Below, one piece after another: positions 21,578 through 28,593 of a stretch of DNA of 64,000 nucleotides. A program made the translations under genes and the position numbers. Numbering within the stretch: the stretch's first letter is position 1; every line of letters begins with the position of its first letter. Origin of the DNA: Acutalibacteraceae bacterium (lineage in GTDB: Bacteria > Bacillota > Clostridia > Oscillospirales > Acutalibacteraceae). Under the pieces are notes generated by a model, which ran no database searches, was not told the DNA's origin, and saw nothing but the letters and a program-made list of their open reading frames with translations. The stretch lies in assembly GCA_045636705.1 (NCBI GenBank), contig JAZTYA010000033.1, positions 677 to 64,676 of the forward strand. Direction: 5' to 3'.

Positions 21578-23176
21578 CTACTCGGCATCATAATAACTTT
21601 TTCCCAGGTTCCATTCCTCAACGTCTGCTGCTGAATCCTTAAGTCCGAGGTAGTAAGCGCATAATTCTGTAAAGCGTACGGAAATAGATTTGCCGACGTT
21701 TACTGTGAACATTATATCGCTTGATTTAATTTGGTTGCAGTAATCAACGTATTCCTGAGGAACACGGCTGTTTTTATAGTATAAATCGGGTGCGCCAAAG
21801 GCATGTAATATTTCATGCGCAAATGTAGCAGCAGGGGAGAGATAATACTGTCCTTCGCCGTAGCAGAACTTATTGAATATATTAATTACTTCCATGCTAT
21901 TACTGTTGCTATATGGAGATTTGTAGCTACACCAAGAACTTACGGTGTTAGTTACCGGAACGTCAAAATAAACTATGTATAAAATATTTTGCGCATTATA
22001 CTTTTGCATAAGTTCGTTTGAATCAACGTTTTCAGAGATGAATGCACGCTGTGTTGGAAGAAATTTGCCACTTGGAGTTATCATATCATCGCTTGAAAAA
22101 TCTGCAGTATAATATAGGTCGGGATTTTCTCTCCAGTCATAAATAAACTTTGTGTTAACACCATAAGTTTCACCTTGTGATTCCAACCAATATCCTGCAG
22201 AACATAAATGGTCGTACATAGTGTCTAAAGTTTTCTTATCTTCCTCGGAATCGAAGTCCCAAGAGGTGTTTTTGTCATTTGCAAATATAGAAACAATAAC
22301 GGTAGTTTCGCCAAAATATGCAGCAGAACCGTGCTTTGAATCTGTGTTTTTCATAGGATTAATTACACCGGTTTCGGTTGTGTTGCATACGGTGCACGTA
22401 TGTTTGCGTTCACCTTTTTTGGTTTCGGTAGCATATTTCACAACCGACCATTCTCCAAACTCGTGCTCACTGGTTGGAAGGTCTTTTTGCTCTTTAAGTA
22501 TTTCCTTACAAACCGAACAATATCTGCCTTTTGATTTGCCCGTTGTAGTGCAAGTGGGCTCAACACGAGGAATAATTACTTCGTCGTGTTCAAGTTTCTC
22601 TATAGTTGTTTGTGCAACGAGGACCTTGTTACAAACCGAACAATGCTTTCCTTTTGTTTTACCTTCTTTAGCACAGGTAGCCTTTACTGCCTTATCTACT
22701 ACTTCGGTGTGGCCAAGTTTAGCTACAACCTTCCTAGCGACAATAACTTCATTGCATACCGAACAATGCTTGCCTTCGGTTTTACCTTTTTTGGTACAAG
22801 TTGCCTTTACTGCCTTATCTATTACTTCGGTGTGACCGAGTTTTGCTACAACATTTTGAGCAACCAAAACTTCATTGCAAACCGAACAATGCTTGCCTTC
22901 GGTCTTACCGTCGGTGGTACAAGTAGCTTTAATAGCGGCATCAATAGCCTCCATATGTCCTGCGGCTTCGGTCCACTTACTCTCCTTTTCGCCACAGGCA
23001 CAAGAGCGTTCTTCCTCTTTTCCTTCGGTGCAGGTGGCTTCCTTAACTAGTACCCATTCACCAAAGGTGTGAGTATGAGCCTCTACTACCGGTTGGCTGG
23101 ATTCATTTCCACTATCACACGCCGATAGAACAAATACGCAAAGTAAAAGCAAAATAATTGATATTATTTTCTTCAT
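21578..23176 (-). CDS. Lipoprotein paralog 3: four Cys/His repeats plus HExxH metalloprotease-like domain
   Basis: ATG at 23176 (GGAGGG RBS), lipobox [18 protein letters not shown]. Confidence 0.8.
   Translation of the reverse strand: MKKIISIILLLLCVFVLSACDSGNESSQPVVEAHTHTFGEWVLVKEATCTEGKEEERSCACGEKESKWTEAAGHMEAIDAAIKATCTTDGKTEGKHCSVCNEVLVAQNVVAKLGHTEVIDKAVKATCTKKGKTEGKHCSVCNEVIVARKVVAKLGHTEVVDKAVKATCAKEGKTKGKHCSVCNKVLVAQTTIEKLEHDEVIIPRVEPTCTTTGKSKGRYCSVCKEILKEQKDLPTSEHEFGEWSVVKYATETKKGERKHTCTVCNTTETGVINPMKNTDSKHGSAAYFGETTVIVSIFANDKNTSWDFDSEEDKKTLDTMYDHLCSAGYWLESQGETYGVNTKFIYDWRENPDLYYTADFSSDDMITPSGKFLPTQRAFISENVDSNELMQKYNAQNILYIVYFDVPVTNTVSSWCSYKSPYSNSNSMEVINIFNKFCYGEGQYYLSPAATFAHEILHAFGAPDLYYKNSRVPQEYVDYCNQIKSSDIMFTVNVGKSISVRFTELCAYYLGLKDSAADVEEWNLGKSYYDAE
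22469..22960 (-). repeat. 4 x 123-bp in-frame tandem coding repeats
   Basis: Same 41-aa module as in paralogs 1 and 2. Approximate boundaries. Confidence 0.6.
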
Positions 23177-23307
23177 TATAAAGCCCTCCAAAATATCTAT
23201 ATTAACAATTTCATAATAACACACACTTCAAAATCTTTCAATTATTTTATTTCTTTTTTCATACAAACAAAAATACCGAACCAAACCAAAAGGTTTAATT
23301 CGGTATT

Positions 23308-23382
23308 TGGCAGGGGTGGCAGGATTCGAACCTACGAATGACGGAATCAAAATCCGTTGTCTTACCGCTTGACGACACCCCT
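23308..23382 (-). tRNA. tRNA-Gln (anticodon TTG)
   Basis: The reverse complement reads AGGGGTG...ACGGATTTTGATTCCGT...GGTTCGAATCC...CACCCCTGCCA. Confidence 0.88.
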
Positions 23383-23404
23383 ATATATAATATAGGTATA
23401 AAAA

Positions 23405-23482
<78 letters not shown>

Positions 23483-23495
23483 ATGCACGCAAATT

Positions 23496-23523
23496 ATTAT
23501 AACACAAAAAGTCGTTTTGTCAA
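23496..23523 (-). promoter_or_regulatory. Sigma-A promoter for the tRNA-His/tRNA-Gln unit
   Basis: On the minus strand: TTGACA, 16 nt, TATAAT, just upstream of tRNA-His. Confidence 0.7.
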
Positions 23524-23601
23524 CAGTTATTTTAGTGTTTATTTTGAAAATATTGTTTATATATTTATTTGCTGTTTTTTTAAAATATTAATTAAAAATA
23601 C

Positions 23602-23630
23602 TTGACATAACAGAACAAATAATATAAAAT
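23602..23630 (+). promoter_or_regulatory. Sigma-A promoter for tRNA-Leu
   Basis: TTGACA, 17 nt, TAAAAT, ending about 14 nt upstream of the tRNA 5' end. Divergent from the His/Gln promoter. Confidence 0.65.
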
Positions 23631-23644
23631 ACTTAAAGTGCAAT

Positions 23645-23731
23645 GCCGCTGTGGCGGAATAGGCAGACGCAAGGGACTTAAAATCCCTCGGTGGCAACAC
23701 CGTATCGGTTCAAGTCCGATCAGCGGCACCA
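23645..23731 (+). tRNA. tRNA-Leu (anticodon TAA), long variable arm
   Basis: GCCGCTG...AGGGACTTAAAATCCCT...variable arm CGGTGGCAACACCG...GGTTCAAGTCC...CAGCGGCACCA. Confidence 0.9.
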
Positions 23732-23736
23732 AAAAT

Positions 23737-23768
23737 AAAAGGACTACTTCGGTAGTCCTTTTATTTTT
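23737..23768. terminator. Bidirectional terminator (tRNA-Leu / XRE gene)
   Basis: GGACTAC-TTCG-GTAGTCC flanked by an A-run and a T-run. It abuts or overlaps the stop codon of the XRE ORF. Confidence 0.8.
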
Positions 23769-24033
23769 GTCCAATTACACTGTCTGGGAAAACGGAAGCT
23801 TTTATCAAGTCTTCGGGAGCGATATCAAGAGCATCGGCGATGCTATAAAACACATCTAAAGAAAAACTGTACGCCATATTGGGAGCTTCGATATTACTAA
23901 GCAGGGAACGGCTTATATTAGCTTTTTCTGCTAACTTTTCTTGCGATAAGCCACGAATTCTTCTAAGCGTGGAAATAGCAATACCAAGTTGTATGAAACG
24001 GTCTCTGTTTTTGTAATCAACTTCCTTTCCCAT
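23761..24033 (-). CDS. XRE-family helix-turn-helix transcriptional regulator
   Basis: 90 aa with a Cro/C1-type HTH (LRRIRGLSQEKLAEKANISRSLLSNIE). Confidence 0.85.
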   Translation of the reverse strand: MGKEVDYKNRDRFIQLGIAISTLRRIRGLSQEKLAEKANISRSLLSNIEAPNMAYSFSLDVFYSIADALDIAPEDLIKASVFPDSVIGQK

Positions 24034-24046
24034 AATTAAAACCTCG

Positions 24047-24091
24047 CTTTTGGAAAATAAATTTTATATATATAATTATATTTTCCAAAAG
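24047..24091. promoter_or_regulatory. Perfect 13-bp inverted repeat (candidate operator of the XRE regulator)
   Basis: CTTTTGGAAAATA-N19-TATTTTCCAAAAG, 14 nt upstream of the XRE start codon. The spacer contains TATATATATAAT. Confidence 0.5.
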
Positions 24092-24257
24092 AATTTCTTT
24101 CAGTATTTAGATATATACACTTGACTTTATTGGTCAGCAAATATATAATTTGATTTAAATTTGTCTTTGTTTATATGCAAAATTCGAAAACTTCTTGATT
24201 TTTATCAATTTGCACAAAAAACATAGATATTTATTTTTAATTTTGAAAAATAAATAA

Positions 24258-24286
24258 TTGACATAAAGAGGAATTTTGTATATAAT
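24258..24286 (+). promoter_or_regulatory. Perfect consensus sigma-A promoter
   Basis: TTGACA, 17 nt, TATAAT. Divergent from the XRE gene. Confidence 0.75.
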
Positions 24287-24379
24287 AGTCACAATCATTA
24301 TTTTATGGTACGAGATGAAGATACATAATCTCAAACTTATTTGATGAATTTAAAATTGAATTTGTGCCTGAGCCTAAGA

Positions 24380-24426
24380 GCCTGCGCCAAATAATCGTTG
24401 TATGCGATTATGGTGCAGGCTTTTTT
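24380..24426 (+). terminator. Strong intrinsic terminator inside the leader of the KTR gene
   Basis: GCCTGCGCC-AA-ATAATCG-TTGTATG-CGATTAT-GGTGCAGGC (16 bp, with a 2-nt bulge) followed by TTTTTT. Confidence 0.75.
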
Positions 24427-24464
24427 AATTGCCTCTTGCTGCAAGGAAAAATGAGGTGGTATTT

Positions 24465-24659
24465 TTGCAAGATATATTACATCCCAAACCAAAAACTGAC
24501 GAGGTAGCGTCGAACCGACGTCGTTTTCTCTGTCCATCATGCAACAAACATACGGTTTTGTGGCTATTGCCCAGTACTGAAATTAAGGACCTGCCTATCA
24601 AATGTAAACGATGTGGCAAAGAAAACATTATAAATATTATCCTAACCGGCGAGTCTTAA
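24465..24659 (+). CDS. Small cysteine-rich protein (Cys-rich KTR-like zinc ribbon)
   Basis: CPSCNKHTV...CKRCGKE (two CxxC pairs). TTG at 24465 lies 5 nt after GAGGTGG. The ORF track starts the frame at the TTG at 24429, so the start is uncertain. Confidence 0.6.
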   Translation: MQDILHPKPKTDEVASNRRRFLCPSCNKHTVLWLLPSTEIKDLPIKCKRCGKENIINIILTGES

Positions 24660-24776
24660 TATTTATATTGACATAAAACCCCAAATCCAGCGCAATATTT
24701 TCTCAAAATAAAAAGGTGTATCAAAAAAGTGTTTTGAACAACCTTTCCTCCGCAAGGTTAAGCGGATATTTGTGCG

Positions 24777-24802
24777 CAAACGCTCGGCGTTTGTATTATT
24801 TT
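24777..24802 (+). terminator. Terminator-like hairpin downstream of the KTR gene
   Basis: CAAACGC-TCG-GCGTTTG followed by TATTATTTTG. Confidence 0.4.
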
Positions 24803-24849
24803 GCTAAAAAATGTAGTAAACATTTACAGCAGGAAGGAGAAAGAAAAAA

Positions 24850-25440
24850 ATGAAGCAGGATGAACTCCGTCAAAAACTGATTGACGGCACGATCCATGTT
24901 ATTGCAAAAGAGGGACTTGATAAGGCTTCAACAAAACAAATCGGACTCGCAACCTCTATTAACGAAGCCTATATTTATCGTTGTTTTAAGGATAAGGAGG
25001 ATATGTTCGCAAAAGCATTCGCTTCACTTGATGAAGAACTGTTAGAAAAGACAATGCAGCATGTTTCGGTAATGTATATTAAAGAAATGAAGTACGAACT
25101 GCGTTGTTGGACATTCTTTATATCCATTTGGGAATTTATGGTTGAAAGGCGGGATAATTGCCTTGCCTTTATTCAATATTACTATTCTCCGTATTTTTCA
25201 AAGTATTCGGCAGAAGAACATAAGGTAAGATTTACTCCGCTTGTAGATAAGTTCAAGGATGCTTTTCGTGAAGAATCAAATGTATGGTTAATACTTAACC
25301 ACATATTAAATGTAATGCTTGATTTCGCTGTAAAAGTGCACAACGGTCAGATGCCCAAAGGAGATAGCTATGCCGAGCATATTTTCAGAGTAATCTACGC
25401 GTCTGTAAAACAGTATTTCAAAAAAGAGGAGAGGGATTAA
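24850..25440 (+). CDS. TetR/AcrR-family transcriptional regulator
   Basis: N-terminal TetR HTH (IAKEGLDKASTKQIGLATSINEAYIYRCFKDKEDMF) with an all-helical C-terminal domain. Confidence 0.85.
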   Translation: MKQDELRQKLIDGTIHVIAKEGLDKASTKQIGLATSINEAYIYRCFKDKEDMFAKAFASLDEELLEKTMQHVSVMYIKEMKYELRCWTFFISIWEFMVERRDNCLAFIQYYYSPYFSKYSAEEHKVRFTPLVDKFKDAFREESNVWLILNHILNVMLDFAVKVHNGQMPKGDSYAEHIFRVIYASVKQYFKKEERD

Positions 25441-25445
25441 CAATT

Positions 25446-26174
25446 ATGAAGAAAGCACTAAAAATAATAAAAACCACAGTGGTTTGGATGATGATACTGT
25501 TGGCTGTATCAATGATGATATTCACGGTTGTTTCTGTTACTACCTTCAATCGAAATGACCGCAGCCTTTTTGGCTTTAAGATGTACATAGTAAATTCTGA
25601 TTCTATGGCAGCCACTGACTTTAATGCCGGCTCTTTGATTCTTGTAAAAGAGGTTGAGCCTTCAACACTCAAGGAAGGTGACATTATTACCTTTATGTCA
25701 CAAGATACAAACAGCTTTGGAGAAACTATAACCCATAAGATAAGGACGATAACAACCGATGCCGAAGGAAATCCTGGTTTTATCACTTACGGTACAACAA
25801 CCGACACAAATGATGAAACGATAGTTACTTATCCCTATGTGCTTGGTAAGTATCAAGGTCATATTGCCGGACTTGGTACCTTCTTTAACTTCTTGAAGAC
25901 AACCCCAGGATATTTTGTCTGCATTTTCATTCCCTTTATGCTCATTATCCTTTATGAAGGGGTTAAGTTCTTTAACCTTTTCCGTCGATATAAACAGGAG
26001 CAAATGGAAGAATTGCAGGCTGAACGCAAAAAAATCGAAGAAGAAAAGGCAGAAACTGCCAGGATTTTTGAAGAACTACGTGTTTTGAAAGCGCAGTTAG
26101 AAAATCAAGAAACAGAAACGGTAGAAGCTAAGGCCGTATTGAACGCAGAGGAGAAATCCGAAGAAGATAGCTAA
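25446..26174 (+). CDS. ER/archaeal-type signal peptidase I, divergent SipW-like paralog with C-terminal TM plus charged coiled-coil tail
   Basis: N-terminal TM, NSDSM (catalytic Ser box), ITHKI (His box), a second TM (YFVCIFIPFMLIILY), then QEQMEELQAERKKIEEEKAE... The KGD box is replaced by YGTTTDTND. Confidence 0.75.
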   Translation: MKKALKIIKTTVVWMMILLAVSMMIFTVVSVTTFNRNDRSLFGFKMYIVNSDSMAATDFNAGSLILVKEVEPSTLKEGDIITFMSQDTNSFGETITHKIRTITTDAEGNPGFITYGTTTDTNDETIVTYPYVLGKYQGHIAGLGTFFNFLKTTPGYFVCIFIPFMLIILYEGVKFFNLFRRYKQEQMEELQAERKKIEEEKAETARIFEELRVLKAQLENQETETVEAKAVLNAEEKSEEDS

Positions 26175-26312
26175 TACCACGTCCCCGTAAGAAACGAGTT
26201 GATCCCCAAATGTTAAAAATTAATACAGGTGTTCTTGTAGGTGCAAATTTAGTTTATATTGTTTGTACCGACATAACAGACAAGCAACCCCACAATCAAG
26301 AAGGAAAAAACA

Positions 26313-26540
26313 ATGCCAGCAACTAATCCAGATACCGTGCTTTATCTACTCCTTGGTATTGTAGTCATTTTCCTAATGTTTTTATTGTTGATTGGGCTAG
26401 CAGACTTTTTCAACAATTTTTCTCGCGAACTCAAACGTATAAACTGCGAAATAGATCGCACTCAAGGTTCCAAGCGACGTTATTGGAAACGGAGAAAAAG
26501 GAGATTGTGGCTTTCCTTAATACCATTTATAAAGTATTAA
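26313..26540 (+). CDS. Hypothetical small membrane protein with a highly basic tail
   Basis: 75 aa: one TM (VLYLLLGIVVIFLMFLLLIGL), then KRRYWKRRKRRLW. AAGGA RBS 8 nt upstream. No recognisable family. Confidence 0.35.
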   Translation: MPATNPDTVLYLLLGIVVIFLMFLLLIGLADFFNNFSRELKRINCEIDRTQGSKRRYWKRRKRRLWLSLIPFIKY

Positions 26541-26642
26541 CCTAGCTTACATACGGAGCATATCCTCTGATCTTGTAAGCATGGTAATCGAAATATGGTT
26601 TATTTTGTCTTGTCTTCACCTGTTTTGGTTACCATGTGCCGT

Positions 26643-26708
26643 CCTAACTCCTTTTGGGAGTTAGGCGGTAATCAAATAACATAAATTTCGCATTTATGCT
26701 ATTTGATT
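26643..26708 (+). promoter_or_regulatory. Bipartite hairpin element, copy A
   Basis: CCTAACTCC-TTTTG-GGAGTTAGG, then CGG, then a 17-bp stem AATCAAATAACATAAAT/ATTTATGCTATTTGATT (one mismatch). Confidence 0.6.
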
Positions 26709-26755
26709 GCTGAAAATCTGGCAGACCAAGATTGTTATTTTGAAAGGGCAAACAA

Positions 26756-26938
26756 ATGAAAAAAGAGCAAATAAATGATAAAGTAATACACTGCTTTGAA
26801 TGCGAAAAGGAAACTGGCGGTTGGTGTACTTTATATGAACGAGTGGTATATCCTGACAATTTTTGCGACTTTGGAATAAAGAAAAGTAAAATAACAGGCA
26901 TTATTGAAAAAGGAGACCTTAAAAATGATAAAAGTTAG
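26756..26938 (+). CDS. Hypothetical small 4-Cys protein
   Basis: 60 aa with CFEC...C...C and an AAGGG RBS. Overlaps the next gene's start by 14 nt. No recognisable family. Confidence 0.35.
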   Translation: MKKEQINDKVIHCFECEKETGGWCTLYERVVYPDNFCDFGIKKSKITGIIEKGDLKNDKS

Positions 26939-28589
26939 AAACACGAAGAAAATGCTTCTTATGAGCGCTTTATCGCTCCTTATGTGCGTATCAATGCTCA
27001 TTGGTAGTACTTTCGCTTGGTTTACCGACAGCGTTACGAGTGCCGGTAACAAAATTCAAGCAGGTACTTTGAAAATCGACCTTGAACTGCTTGATAAGGA
27101 AGATGGCTGGGCTTCCATCAAGGAATCTAAGGCTCCCATTTTCAATTACGATCTTTGGGAACCCGGTTACACCGATGTAAAGGTACTAAAAGTTGAAAAC
27201 GAAGGTAGCTTGGCTCTCAAATGGATGGCTAAGTTCATATCTGAAGACGAACTCTCCATTCTTGCTAATGTGATTGACGTTTATGTTTGCCCGAGTGCAA
27301 CCGAACTTACATATCCTGCTGACCGTAATCTCGACGGTTACACCAAGGTTGGTACTGTTCGTGATTTTGTAAACACCATTGAAAGCACCACCCACGGCAA
27401 TCTTAAAGCCGGCGAAGTAGCATATCTCGGCATAGCTTTAAAGATGCAGGAGTCTGCTGGCAACGATTATCAGGCTCTTGACCTTGGTGCATTTGATATT
27501 CAAATTATTGCTACTCAGGATACTGTTGAGGAAGATAGTTTTGATAATCAATATGATGCCGGTGCGGAATATACTGCAACCAAAACAGTTGTTAATACTG
27601 TTGATGAGTTGAATAGTGCTATAAAGAACGCGAACGAGGGCGATGTTATAAGCGTTGAACCCGGCGTATATGAAATCGTAGATACTCCTACTACCTTTTT
27701 AACAAGAGCAAGAACTGTTTCTCCGGAAGAATATGGTAATACAAAGCCTCCGTTTCTTATTACCCAAAAAGTCACGATTGAAGCGAAAGACCCCACGAAC
27801 AAGCCGCAATTTAAATTTATTACAAGTGACACAGGAAAAATTACCCACGGTTTTGATATAAGAGCAAACGATGTAACTCTTAAGAATCTCATACTCGAAG
27901 CAGACACCACAGGTGACCGCTCGGGCAATTTGGTACAGATATCCGCCAATGGCAATGATTATTATTCAAACATTACTATTGAGGGTTGCGAGTTTATTGG
28001 TTCGGACCAGAGCATTGCAATGTATGGTGATAACGTTACTATCAAGAGTTGTATATTTGATGAGTCAACAGCTCCGGAACAAGGCAACATTATCTACGTT
28101 TGGGGAACTTCCGGTAAATTAACCATTCAAGGTAATACATTTATCGGAAATAACCAAAGAAAACACGGTATTTCATTCTATAATCAGTCAGCAGCAAGCA
28201 GGATTTCGGGTGAGATTTTAATTGAGAATAACACCTTTGAAAATGTGTATAAGGGCATCGTTCACGAAAGTGATATGGAATATAGCTGCGTTACTGTTAA
28301 AGTTCTAAACAACATGTTTAGTGACTGTCTAAAGAAGCCAATAGCAATTGATTATGGTAACTATGAGTCCTATTTAGTTGAAGGAAATGTGTTCGAAGAT
28401 ATCACACATAAAGACCCGCTTATTGATAACAAGGCCAATGCTCAAGTTTATGCAGATAAAAACTATTGGGATGATCCCACCCCTAATTTGAAGAGTGTGA
28501 TTAACAATGCAAATGTTATTGTGAATAACTACTATTCAGATAAAACTAAAGAAACGCTTGTTGAAATTTCTGCCTCGGAGGAGAATTAA
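26925..28589 (+). CDS. SipW-class secreted protein: TasA-like N-terminal module fused to a right-handed beta-helix domain (subunit 1)
   Basis: ATG at 26925 after AAAGGAG. Signal KKMLLMSALSLLMCVSMLIGSTFA/WFTDSVTSAGNKIQAGTLKIDL, then EPGY...ENEGSLALK and IIATQ. After the junction SFDNQYDAGA come PbH1-like repeats (VTIKSCIF, LTIQGNTF, ILIENNTF). Confidence 0.8.
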   Translation: MIKVRNTKKMLLMSALSLLMCVSMLIGSTFAWFTDSVTSAGNKIQAGTLKIDLELLDKEDGWASIKESKAPIFNYDLWEPGYTDVKVLKVENEGSLALKWMAKFISEDELSILANVIDVYVCPSATELTYPADRNLDGYTKVGTVRDFVNTIESTTHGNLKAGEVAYLGIALKMQESAGNDYQALDLGAFDIQIIATQDTVEEDSFDNQYDAGAEYTATKTVVNTVDELNSAIKNANEGDVISVEPGVYEIVDTPTTFLTRARTVSPEEYGNTKPPFLITQKVTIEAKDPTNKPQFKFITSDTGKITHGFDIRANDVTLKNLILEADTTGDRSGNLVQISANGNDYYSNITIEGCEFIGSDQSIAMYGDNVTIKSCIFDESTAPEQGNIIYVWGTSGKLTIQGNTFIGNNQRKHGISFYNQSAASRISGEILIENNTFENVYKGIVHESDMEYSCVTVKVLNNMFSDCLKKPIAIDYGNYESYLVEGNVFEDITHKDPLIDNKANAQVYADKNYWDDPTPNLKSVINNANVIVNNYYSDKTKETLVEISASEEN

Positions 28590-28593
28590 CAGT

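Noticed and set aside
24287-24464. c-di-GMP, T-box or other known riboswitch in the leader upstream of the KTR gene, and in 26175-26755 upstream of the fibre genes
   Set aside because: I could not find the conserved cores of these classes by eye. The region is kept as an unclassified leader/sRNA finding rather than a named riboswitch.
24337-24628. Two 67-aa minus-strand ORFs (24337-24540 and 24425-24628) opposite the leader and the KTR gene
   Set aside because: They have no RBS, they run antisense through a strong plus-strand terminator, and the plus-strand ORF has a clear double-CxxC zinc-ribbon pattern.
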